A DNA stretch of 64,000 bases from an uncultured delta proteobacterium (lineage in GTDB: Bacteria; Desulfobacterota; Syntrophobacteria; BM002), in NCBI GenBank assembly GCA_963712115.1, contig CAVQGX010000031.1, positions 192,001 to 256,000 on the forward strand, in the 5' to 3' direction. Shown here piece after piece: positions 8,349 to 17,224 of this stretch (position 1 is the first letter of the stretch; each line of letters begins with the position of its first letter). Below the pieces are notes generated by a model. It was not told where the DNA came from and searched no databases. It saw only the letters and a program-made list of their open reading frames with translations. Made by a program: the position numbers and the translations under genes.

Positions 8349-10013
8349 ATGGAACCATTCAAAGAAGGGAGGGTTATTATGAATCGCCTAAAACCGATAC
8401 TCACAGTTTTACTGGTCTTTTGGATATGTAGTGGACTGCTGGTATCTGCAGTCCATGCAAAAGATCAGGGGTCCTCAAGGATGATTATTGTCTTTCAAGA
8501 AAAAGTTCCTTGGGAAGAGGCTAGAGAGTACGTCCAAAGCTGGAATGACTATGGAGTCTCGGTCGTTACAGAACTTCCATTTATTAATGCCATGGTTTTG
8601 AGCGTACCAACAGGGATTTCTTCTTCTGAACTGGCGGCCGACCCTCGAGTAACAAGTGTTGAGAGCAATCAGAAGGTGGGGATTCAGGCGGTCAGCGCAA
8701 CAGCGGATGGTGGGGCCGCGGATGGTGGAGCCGCGGATGGTGGAGCCGCAGATGGTGGTGCCGCAGACGGTGGTGCCGCGGATGGTGGAGCCGCGGATGG
8801 TGGAGCCGCAGATGGTGGTGCAGCAGACGGAGGTGCCCAAGATTCAATACCTTTTTGGAGTTTTATACAGCCTGTGTCCAAACCGCCGGAGGACAATCGT
8901 CCGTGGGGCATCCTTAGTCTTTATGAGCAGCTTAGAGACCCTGAGCTACTAACGGACACGTTCGAGCCAGTGGACACGCCGTGGGTGATTCGGCTGGCCT
9001 TGAGAAGAATGGCCAGAAATAAGATACGGGTGGCAATTCTCGATACTGGAGTGGATTATGCCCATCCAAGCCTTGCTGGTAAAGTGAAAGGCGGTTTTGA
9101 TGTTTTCACCATGAGCGCAGAATTGCCTGAGGATGATAATGGCCATGGTACGCACATAGCAGGAACTCTCTGCGCTCGTCTGGATGATGATCCATTTGGC
9201 CTAGCGCCCCCAATTGAAATTTATTCGGTTAAAATTCTCGACAAATATGCCAGCGGGGACCTGGTTAACATCATTCTAGGACTAAGGTGGGTAATTGCAA
9301 ATGATATAGATGTCGTCAACATGAGCATCGGCTACCGAGAAGACAGTCAGGCCATGAGATTGGCAATTAGAAAAGCCTACGAGGCTGGCGTGATCATGGT
9401 GGCAGCCGTTGGAAACCATTCCACCTGGGATGCGCCTTCTCCTGGAGCTGCAGCGGATGGTGGAGCAGCAGATGGTGGAGCCGCAGACGGTGGTGCTGCG
9501 GATGGTGGTGCTGCGGATGGTGGTGCAGCGGATGGTGGAGCCGCAGATGGTGGTGCAGCAGACGGAGGTGCTGCGGATGGTGGTGCAGCGGATGGCCTGG
9601 CCTGGTATTCAGTAATGTATCCAGCTCGCTACCCGGAAGTCATCGGAGTGGGTGCCAGCACTCCCTACGGAGAGATAGCCGGTTTTTGTAATTCCGGACA
9701 AGAACTGGAAATAACCGCACCTGGAACTAACATTGTTTCCACCAATGTATGGAAGTGGGGCGGTTTTGGCGTTTGCAGTGGTACCAGTATGGCTACTCCT
9801 CACGTAGCCGGCGCAGTTGCCATGATGCTGGCCTTAGACCCGGATCTTAGCTCAACAGAAATAAGCACGATTCTGAAGGAGTCAGCAATAGAGCTAACAT
9901 ACTCTCCGGGTATAGGTGACCTTAATCTCACTGGGGCCCTTGAGATGGTCTACATCAGAGCCCTCAAAAAGGCTTGGAGGACCAGATGGCTAGGACGACG
10001 ACAATACCGCTGA
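8349..10013 (+). CDS. Secreted S8 subtilisin-like serine protease with I9-like prodomain and two (ADGGA)9 arrays
   Basis: Signal peptide ending VHA (likely start ATG 8379); catalytic motifs ILDTG, DNGHGTHIAG, oxyanion AAVGN and GTSMATPH are all intact. Confidence 0.9.
   Translation: MEPFKEGRVIMNRLKPILTVLLVFWICSGLLVSAVHAKDQGSSRMIIVFQEKVPWEEAREYVQSWNDYGVSVVTELPFINAMVLSVPTGISSSELAADPRVTSVESNQKVGIQAVSATADGGAADGGAADGGAADGGAADGGAADGGAADGGAADGGAADGGAQDSIPFWSFIQPVSKPPEDNRPWGILSLYEQLRDPELLTDTFEPVDTPWVIRLALRRMARNKIRVAILDTGVDYAHPSLAGKVKGGFDVFTMSAELPEDDNGHGTHIAGTLCARLDDDPFGLAPPIEIYSVKILDKYASGDLVNIILGLRWVIANDIDVVNMSIGYREDSQAMRLAIRKAYEAGVIMVAAVGNHSTWDAPSPGAAADGGAADGGAADGGAADGGAADGGAADGGAADGGAADGGAADGGAADGLAWYSVMYPARYPEVIGVGASTPYGEIAGFCNSGQELEITAPGTNIVSTNVWKWGGFGVCSGTSMATPHVAGAVAMMLALDPDLSSTEISTILKESAIELTYSPGIGDLNLTGALEMVYIRALKKAWRTRWLGRRQYR
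8703..8837 (+). repeat. Coding tandem repeat, 9 x 15 bp (ADGGA), between prodomain and catalytic domain
   Basis: GCN GAY GGN GGN GCN nine times, varying only at synonymous positions. Confidence 0.97.
9453..9596 (+). repeat. Coding tandem repeat, 9 x 15 bp (ADGGA) plus ADG, inside the catalytic domain
   Basis: Same unit, nine full copies plus a partial, about 12 codons after the AAVGN oxyanion Asn. Confidence 0.97.
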
Positions 10014-10098
10014 TAATGACTGTCTTGCAGTTTATGAATCTCCTAGTAGTTCTCCAAATCGTGAACTGTTCTGATGCATTTCGAGAAAGGGGGACCTC

Positions 10099-12060
10099 AT
10101 GAAAGGCAAAAGTAATAGCCTTCCACCTAAAGGAGGCATTAGAACCCGGCTCCACAGTAAGTTCATGGTCGGTATCGTTATACTCCTTTGCTTGTTGATG
10201 TCAGCCACCATCCTAGTGGTCGAGCATCGAATGCGGGAATCCATCCTGGACGAATTTCTCAAACGCGGCCGTTCTGTTGCCAAGAACTTGGCGGCTATGA
10301 ATACGAACTACGTGACCACCTACAATTATGTAAACGTCGAACAAAGTGTGGAAAAGATAACGGAGGAGAACGGCCTAGCATACGCAATGGTCTTGCTTTT
10401 TGACGGCGAAGTGGCAGCATATAGTGGACTCAACGACATAAAGCAGGAGGTCTTGAGCGGTGAAATATATCAACGCGCCCTTCAAGCCGGCGACGTACTG
10501 GTTCAATATGGAAAGTTTGGCGCGGCAGAGGATGAATTCTGCGACATTGCCGTACCCATATTACTCAAAGATCAGAAGTGGGCTACGGTGCGGGTTGGTT
10601 TTTCGCTCAAGAATATGCAGGCGGCCATACTACAAACCCGAAAGACTTTGTTCCTTTTAGGGTTGGTCGGGCTTATTGCTGGTTGCTTGGGCTCACTTTT
10701 GCTAGCGCGTCGCGTCACAAGACCAATTGGCGGTTTGGTCGATAGTGTCGAAGCGATTTCAAATGGCGAGTACGAACGAGAAATAATGGTCAGTACTAAT
10801 GATGAAATAGGCTACCTAGGTAAACGCTTCACTGCGATGCAGGAGACTTTGAGAGATCACATCAAACTGCTGATTGATACTAACATGGAGTTGACTCAGA
10901 GTAATCAGCGTCTTCAGGGTCTATTTCAAGTCAGTCAGGCCATGAACTCACTGCAAAACCAGGAAAAGCTCTATGATTTGATTCTGGAAGCCGCCCTGAC
11001 AGCAACCGATGCTCAAGGGGGTTCGCTCATTTTACTCGACCAGGATCATCGCGCCCGAATCGTAGCTATCGCGGGGAGCAAAGACGAGGAAATTGGCTCA
11101 TTAAGCAGTAATGAAGAGAGCAAGTTTGACGAGGGATCTATCTCTAGGTACAAGTCTTTTCTGACCAATCCAGGCATTCGGCCATTGCTATTGCAGTTCG
11201 AGCATTTTGAGAAAGATATGCCCTTTTTAACTATGAGGCTCGACTCCAATCCAGAATTTGAATTGCTTTCTATACCGCTGCAGCAGGCAGAGACCTTGCT
11301 AGGGTTCATTAATCTTACGAGAAAAAGCAAGAAGGGTGAGATAAACTCTGCTGAAATGCAGACTCTTTCCATCCTTAGCAGTCACGCCACTGCATCTTTG
11401 GAGAACAAGGACCTCTTTCAGAAGCTAGAAGACGCCTACCTAAGCTCTATTAAATCACTCGCTAAGACTCTCGAGTTTAAAGACGAGTACACGCATGGCC
11501 ACGCTGAGCGTGTCGCCGAGATGTGCGTGAAAATCGGAAAGAGGATGAATATGGATGAAAAATCTTTAAAGGTGCTCTACAATGCAGCCTTACTACATGA
11601 CATTGGCAAAATTGGCGTTATGGAAAGCATTCTGCATAAAAATTCCTCTCTTGAAACAAAAGAATGGTCGGACATTAAAAAGCATCCGGTCATAGGGGAA
11701 GAGATTCTCAAACCTATTATTACATTGCGAGACGAATGCAAAATCGTAAGACATCACCACGAGAGGGAAGATGGCAAAGGATATCCTGATGGTATTTACG
11801 GAAACCGGCTTTCTTTGTCAGAGAAGATAATCATCGCTGCTGACTCGTACGATGCAATGAATTCAAAACGAGCTTATCGTGCACCTTTGGATCCAGCAAC
11901 CATAAAAAATGAATTGGTAACAAATAAGGGCAGTCAGTTTGATCCGGAAGTGGTGGATGTGCTATTGGAAGTCTTGGATGAGGAAGGAACTTCCGGATTT
12001 AGAACTAGCTCATCGCACAAAGTTATCCCCTTTCATCCAACTACTCACGATGTTTGCTAA
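10099..12060 (+). CDS. Membrane sensor with periplasmic domain, HAMP, GAF and HD-GYP cyclic-dinucleotide phosphodiesterase domain
   Basis: Two TM segments; HAMP (RRVTRPI...DEIGYLGKRF); GAF-like middle; KDEYTHGHAERVA, LLHDIGKIG, HHHEREDGKGYPDG, ADSYDAM, GSQFDP. Confidence 0.9.
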   Translation: MKGKSNSLPPKGGIRTRLHSKFMVGIVILLCLLMSATILVVEHRMRESILDEFLKRGRSVAKNLAAMNTNYVTTYNYVNVEQSVEKITEENGLAYAMVLLFDGEVAAYSGLNDIKQEVLSGEIYQRALQAGDVLVQYGKFGAAEDEFCDIAVPILLKDQKWATVRVGFSLKNMQAAILQTRKTLFLLGLVGLIAGCLGSLLLARRVTRPIGGLVDSVEAISNGEYEREIMVSTNDEIGYLGKRFTAMQETLRDHIKLLIDTNMELTQSNQRLQGLFQVSQAMNSLQNQEKLYDLILEAALTATDAQGGSLILLDQDHRARIVAIAGSKDEEIGSLSSNEESKFDEGSISRYKSFLTNPGIRPLLLQFEHFEKDMPFLTMRLDSNPEFELLSIPLQQAETLLGFINLTRKSKKGEINSAEMQTLSILSSHATASLENKDLFQKLEDAYLSSIKSLAKTLEFKDEYTHGHAERVAEMCVKIGKRMNMDEKSLKVLYNAALLHDIGKIGVMESILHKNSSLETKEWSDIKKHPVIGEEILKPIITLRDECKIVRHHHEREDGKGYPDGIYGNRLSLSEKIIIAADSYDAMNSKRAYRAPLDPATIKNELVTNKGSQFDPEVVDVLLEVLDEEGTSGFRTSSSHKVIPFHPTTHDVC

Positions 12061-12088
12061 GTGATGAGTTTATAAAAAAGGAGAGGCA

Positions 12089-13711
12089 ATGCTGGGATTT
12101 TACGGTCTAAGCTATCGTCGCATAAGGGCCCTGGGTATTATTGCGATGTTACTGCTTGTGGGTCTCTCACCTATTAGTGGTCGTGCAGACAACAAACAAT
12201 ACGGAGGAGAATACCGAATTCCACTGGCGAGTGAACCAGATTCCCTCGATCCTGCATTTATCACCAGCATTTATGCTGTAAATGTGGCAATGAACTTATT
12301 CGATGGTCTAGTGGAATTTGACAAAGATGTAAACGTAGTTCCTGCGATTGCCCGAGTATGGAAGATTTCCAGGGACCACCGCACCTACACGTTTTTTCTT
12401 CACAAGGGGGTGACATTTCACAATGGGCGTGAGGTTACGGCCGAGGACTTTGTGTTTTCATTCAGACGCATTCTCAGCCCGAAAACGGAATCACCAGTAG
12501 CATCGCTTTTCTTAAACATCCAGGGTGCGAAGGCATTTCACGAAGGTAAGAGTGCACGTATAGATGGTCTGCGTGCTCTTGACCCATATACTCTCAAGAT
12601 ACAACTGGAACAGCCCTTCGCGCCTTTTCTCTCCATTCTGGCTATGGCCAACGCGAAAGTAGTCCCCAAAGAAGAGATAGGGCCGCTTTTTGGCAAACGA
12701 CCAATTGGCACGGGTCCCTTTATTTTTAGCAACTGGCAATCGGGTGGAGAAATTCTCCTTACGGCAAATGAGAGATATTACGCGGGACGTCCTTTTTTGG
12801 ATACTCTTCGCTTCCGTGTCTATCCCAATATCGAGTGGGAAAAGATTTTTGATGACTTCGAAAATGGCTTGCTCGATCAAGCCATCATTCCTAGCAAGAA
12901 ATATGATCTTATCATGTCAGATTCTCGGTATCTTGAACGCTACAGATTGATCAGCAAACCTACACTGAATTTGGTCTATATTGGCATGAATGTAAATATG
13001 ACTCCATTCAACGATTACCGTGTACGGCAGGCATTCTCGCATGCAGTGAACACTGAGGCAATCGTCAGAGACATCACCAAAAGGGGCAGCATCCCTGCAA
13101 AAGGCATTCTCCCTCCTGGTATAGCAGGTTTTGATCCTCACTTTGAAGGATATAAATACGACCCACAAAAAGCAATGAAACTGCTCGAGGAAGCGGGCTA
13201 TCCACAAGGTCGCGGCATCCCGCCAATTCAGATCTGGACTGTATCTAAAGCTGAAAGTGTGCAGCAGGAGTTGAGTGAATACCAGCGTTACCTGGCCGAG
13301 ATTGGCATTGAGCTGATACCCAAGACAGCCGAAAACTGGAGTGAGTTTATAAAGTTCATCGATGAAAAGAAGGCACCCATGTACTATGCCGCTTGGTATG
13401 CAGACTATCCTGATCCTGACAATTTTCTCTACGTCCTCTGCCACTCTCAGAGTAAAACTAATCGCATGGGCTATCACAACCAGAAGGTTGATGAATTATT
13501 GGAGGAAGCGAGGCGAGAAACTGACTACCTGAAAAGGGTAGATCTATATCGCGAGGTCCAAAAGATAGTCATGCGAGAGGCTCCAATCATCTGTCAGCAT
13601 GTAAACGGCTTCAATTACCTTTTTCAGCCCTGGGTGAAAGGAGTACAGGTTAGCTATCTTGGAGCCGCTTACGTTGCATTCAAAAGCGTCTGGCTTGAGA
13701 AATCCCAATAG
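12089..13711 (+). CDS. Family 5 (OppA/DppA/NikA-like) solute-binding protein without adjacent permease or ATPase
   Basis: Signal peptide; EPDSLDPA, NLFDGLV, TFHNGREVTAEDFVFSF, PIGTGPF, WYADYPDPDNFL. Confidence 0.9.
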   Translation: MLGFYGLSYRRIRALGIIAMLLLVGLSPISGRADNKQYGGEYRIPLASEPDSLDPAFITSIYAVNVAMNLFDGLVEFDKDVNVVPAIARVWKISRDHRTYTFFLHKGVTFHNGREVTAEDFVFSFRRILSPKTESPVASLFLNIQGAKAFHEGKSARIDGLRALDPYTLKIQLEQPFAPFLSILAMANAKVVPKEEIGPLFGKRPIGTGPFIFSNWQSGGEILLTANERYYAGRPFLDTLRFRVYPNIEWEKIFDDFENGLLDQAIIPSKKYDLIMSDSRYLERYRLISKPTLNLVYIGMNVNMTPFNDYRVRQAFSHAVNTEAIVRDITKRGSIPAKGILPPGIAGFDPHFEGYKYDPQKAMKLLEEAGYPQGRGIPPIQIWTVSKAESVQQELSEYQRYLAEIGIELIPKTAENWSEFIKFIDEKKAPMYYAAWYADYPDPDNFLYVLCHSQSKTNRMGYHNQKVDELLEEARRETDYLKRVDLYREVQKIVMREAPIICQHVNGFNYLFQPWVKGVQVSYLGAAYVAFKSVWLEKSQ

Positions 13712-13967
13712 TTAAATAAGAAAGCCTGGATAGCAAACAGTTAAAGCAAATAATCACATCGTATGTCACTCATGGAGACTGAAGATTTTATAGTTCTGCT
13801 ATAGATGTTAACTTTAACCTAGCGAGAAAAACTTTCGTTACTATTCTCATATCTTCAATGTCAGCCCCTTCTATCCAGCAACATAAAATTGTCGGACTCG
13901 AAGCTCAGGTCTTGATCATTAGAGAAATGATCTCCATGCTCCATGCCCCATGCTCTATGCTCTATGC

Positions 13968-14600
13968 CTATTGCACTCGAAAGGGAGCGCCTTCAGGTCC
14001 AAGCTTGATCCCTTCAATCAGTATATTGACTTCAACCTCATCCCCTACGGCGCCACCGCCTTTTTCACCAAGGCCGTAGTCGATCCCGTAGTCGCTCCGT
14101 TTAATCAAGGTTGTGGCCTCGAAACCACTTCGATAGCCACCCCATGGGTCAGGACCGAAGCCGAGGATCTTGAATGGCAGCTTCACTGAACGTGTTACCC
14201 CGTGTATGGTCATTTCACCTGACATGACCCCTTCGTTCTCGCCCGCAACTTCCACCGAGGTGCTCACAAAGCGCATGATCGCGTATTTCTCCACGTGAAA
14301 AAAATCCTTGGAGAGCAAATGAGCGTCTCGTTTTTCATGGTTGGTGTCTACGCTATATACATTGATTGTGGCATCCACTCGAGACGCTTCTAGATTGCCT
14401 CTATCAAGCCAGATGGTTCCGGTTACGTCAGAAAAAGTCCCCGACACTTTAGAGAACAGGTGACGAATCTTAAAATTGGCCATGCTGTGAACCTTGTCAA
14501 TCATATAAGTCTCCATTTCTGCCCGGACTGATAGAGGCAGAAGGAGTCCAATAACTCCGGCTATCAACACCGCAGTGAATATAATTCTACGGTAGTTCAT
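13968..14600 (-). CDS. YceI family periplasmic lipid/polyisoprenoid-binding protein
   Basis: IDKVHS...FKIRHLFSKVSGTF, RDAHL, TIHGVTR, DPWGGYRSGF. Start reset to ATG 14600 (GGAGG RBS); the upstream ORF extension is repeat-derived. Confidence 0.88.
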   Translation of the reverse strand: MNYRRIIFTAVLIAGVIGLLLPLSVRAEMETYMIDKVHSMANFKIRHLFSKVSGTFSDVTGTIWLDRGNLEASRVDATINVYSVDTNHEKRDAHLLSKDFFHVEKYAIMRFVSTSVEVAGENEGVMSGEMTIHGVTRSVKLPFKILGFGPDPWGGYRSGFEATTLIKRSDYGIDYGLGEKGGGAVGDEVEVNILIEGIKLGPEGAPFRVQ

Positions 14601-14617
14601 GATTAAACCTCCCATTG

Positions 14618-14712
14618 CGATTTTCGATTTCGGATTGCGGATTGCGGATTGAAAAATAATAAGACGGAAATCCAATTAGAATTCCGCAATCCGCATTCAC
14701 AAATCCGCAATC
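14618..14712. repeat. 7-bp-period palindromic intergenic element (TTCGGAT/TGCGGAT ... ATCCGCA)
   Basis: Heptad runs face their reverse complement; same family at about 18518-18555, 30060-30080 and 34578-34610. Confidence 0.75.
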
Positions 14713-14713
14713 G

Positions 14714-15421
14714 TCAATATGGAATCGTATCACCAGTTACAGAGATGAACTCTCCTGTGTTTGAAAGAGAAATCATTTCTATTATCTGAAAAATCTTCCC
14801 CGCAGATTCTGCGACTGTCATTGGAGCAGCTGGACCACCCATGTCTGTTCTGACCCAACCAGGATGTAGGCTCACAACAGCAACACCATCCCTCTTGTAT
14901 TCAATTGCTTGATTTCTGGTCAGCATATTCAAGGCAGCTTTTGATACTCGGTAAGGAGTCGCTCCGCCGCCAGTCAGTTGGATCGAACCCATCTGGGAAC
15001 TTATGTTTATGATCTTCTTCTCCTTTCCCTTTTGGAGCAAGGGATAGAGGATCTTGGAAGTCATAAGGGGACCGCCGACGTTGACCTCCAAACTCTGGGC
15101 CAAGTCTTCCCAGTTTAGCTCGTTGACCTGAGCAGGTTCGTTTATGTTAACTCCCGCGCTGTTCACCAAGATATTCAGATGGCCGAATTGATTATCGATG
15201 AACTGACGAAGATGCTTCAGGTCATCTTCAATGGTCACGTCCACCTTGACAGGGAATATGTTCCCATGCTTCTCAGCCTCAGTCAGTAGCTTTGTCAATC
15301 TGGTCTCATCCCGGTAACCTGCCACCACCTTGCAGCCATGCTGCACCATCTCTAATGTGAGACCAAGACCAATTCCCCGATTTGCACCACTGACAAATGC
15401 GACTCTTTCTTCATCTTTCAT
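14714..15421 (-). CDS. Short-chain dehydrogenase/reductase (CsgA C-factor/sniffer-like subgroup)
   Basis: SGANRGIG, YRVSKAALN (YxxxK), LHPGWVRTDMGG. Confidence 0.88.
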   Translation of the reverse strand: MKDEERVAFVSGANRGIGLGLTLEMVQHGCKVVAGYRDETRLTKLLTEAEKHGNIFPVKVDVTIEDDLKHLRQFIDNQFGHLNILVNSAGVNINEPAQVNELNWEDLAQSLEVNVGGPLMTSKILYPLLQKGKEKKIINISSQMGSIQLTGGGATPYRVSKAALNMLTRNQAIEYKRDGVAVVSLHPGWVRTDMGGPAAPMTVAESAGKIFQIIEMISLSNTGEFISVTGDTIPY

Positions 15422-15572
15422 CTTTTTTCCTTCACCCAAGCCTCAATCTTTTCAGGAATGACGCGTAATCGTTATCAATATAGGAACGACTTTTATCAAA
15501 TACAAGACCAACCACTAGCTCCCCAATTTTCCTAGAAACATCTGACTAACAGATGACAACCTTGAGCGCGAC

Positions 15573-16628
15573 ATGTATTATTCTTTGGCTTTCTTTGCCT
15601 GGCTTTCAGAACTTGTATCCACCAAGCGTGTCGGCTTACTTGGTCTGACTCTTTCAATCTCTAAGGTGAACACTTTGCGAAAGACCTCATTATATGCACT
15701 CATGGCTATTCACGTCGGCCTGGCCTCAGGTACTTATGTTTTTGCTAAGGCTGCCGCGGTTGGATTTCCTGATGCTGAAACCTTGACCCTCGCCCGGGCA
15801 TTGGGGGCTGCCCTAATCCTCCTGTTGCTTACTGGCTGGGTCATCCCCAAACCGCGGTTCGATCTCAAGCAATGGCTCCGGATATTAGTGTTTGGGATCC
15901 TTCTTGTGCCAATAAACCAGTACTTGTTCCTCCGAGGCCTCCGGCTCACAGTACCTAGCCATCCCGCCCTTTTTTATGCCTTGACCCCCTTGGGCGTGCT
16001 CATTCTTACCAGTGGACTGAGTCGAAGAATGCCATTAAAAAGAAAAATCCTGGGGGTACTTCTGGCGCTGGTTGGGGTCTACATCATTCTCCGACCCTGG
16101 GAAGGAGGCGAGGCCATTAAGGAGCTGCGCACAGGCGATTTATGGGTTTTGGCCGCCATGCTTGCCTGGGTGCTTTACACCGTCTTGGCTGGTCGCACTT
16201 GCCAGAACCATGATCCACGAGTTGTAACTGCATGGAGTCTCATATTGGGGGCGGTGGCCATGACCCCCATTGGGGGGTATTCCCTGCTGACTACGGATTA
16301 CGGGGGAATCCCACCTGCCGCTTGGGCTGGACTGGCCTATATGATCGTCCTGACCAGCGTAACAATGTTACTGGTTTGGAACGTGCTGCTCCGCTATCTG
16401 GGGCCGGTAGAGGTGGCAATCTGTACCAACGCCCAGCCACCAACTACAGCCGCACTCTCAGCTCTGATGGCTGCTGTTGGGTTGCTCTCCAGTGAACAGG
16501 ACCTGGGCCTGCTCTTCTGGCTCGGCATGATAACCATCCTCACCGGTGTTGTTCTGGTCCAGTTCAACAATGATTCGCCAGAGAACAGAATATCTCTCAC
16601 AGAGAGCACAGAGATCTCAGAGAGCTAA
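15573..16628 (+). CDS. DMT/EamA family transporter (true start probably about 30 codons downstream)
   Basis: About 10 hydrophobic segments in two EamA-like halves. Confidence 0.8.
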   Translation: MYYSLAFFAWLSELVSTKRVGLLGLTLSISKVNTLRKTSLYALMAIHVGLASGTYVFAKAAAVGFPDAETLTLARALGAALILLLLTGWVIPKPRFDLKQWLRILVFGILLVPINQYLFLRGLRLTVPSHPALFYALTPLGVLILTSGLSRRMPLKRKILGVLLALVGVYIILRPWEGGEAIKELRTGDLWVLAAMLAWVLYTVLAGRTCQNHDPRVVTAWSLILGAVAMTPIGGYSLLTTDYGGIPPAAWAGLAYMIVLTSVTMLLVWNVLLRYLGPVEVAICTNAQPPTTAALSALMAAVGLLSSEQDLGLLFWLGMITILTGVVLVQFNNDSPENRISLTESTEISES

Positions 16629-17072
16629 AACCAGTCAGAATTATGAGCAGCAAAGATTAGGTAGGGATCGCTCAGAAGCTCATTGGAGATACCTTGAAGA
16701 CTAGAACAAACAAGCTCATTCTCGTCCTCAAGGTATCTCCAATGGTCCGATGCATTCGCATCGGCAGCCCCTGCTGCACAGGGACTTTGAGCGATCCTGG
16801 TATGTCCTCTATTGGTTTTTTGGAGCTCACTGAGGACGGCCGAGACCACAGGTAGAAGACAGGCCGTTGCCGCAAGATCCAAAAGAAGATAATCAATATC
16901 CAATTTATTCTGGCCATCAAGAGCTGCCCTCTGTCCAGATGCGCCAGCATCGGGGCCGCCCGCCCTGCGGGAGCTTCTAGGCGATCCCCGACACTCCCAT
17001 TAGCAGTTCATCTTTGTGCCCTCTGCGTTCTCTAGCGATCCTGAGCCCAAGCGAAGGGGAGCGGGCGAGAGA
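16594..17072. mobile_element. Putative non-autonomous element: CACAGAG 9-bp-period left end, GAGCGGGCGAGAG right end, structured core (copy 1)
   Basis: Ends and internal multi-stem core are shared with 23016-23303. Confidence 0.5.
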
Positions 17073-17224
17073 TTGAGTGGTTTTTCGTATTGACAATTCC
17101 TACATCGATTCTAATTTTACTTGAATACTTAGGGTTTCCCGATTTTAATTAATAATTGATAACTACAAGCGATCTGAATTGTTGGTCGACTTTGACAATG
17201 ACAATTCAGGGGGGAGGTTTTGAT

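Noticed and set aside
8475-8952. Alternative-frame repeat ORFs (SAAPP, GSTIR, RMVEP) and the 15-bp arrays as a possible CRISPR
   Set aside because: Variation is confined to third positions of the ADGGA frame, so that is the coding frame; the units are contiguous with no spacers and there are no cas genes.
14601-14675. N-terminal extension of YceI (QSAIRNPKSKI)
   Set aside because: It is the translation of the heptad repeat; the real start with an RBS is at 14600.
16625-16950. Two 92-aa minus-strand ORFs
   Set aside because: No recognisable domain; they overlie the structured repeat element.
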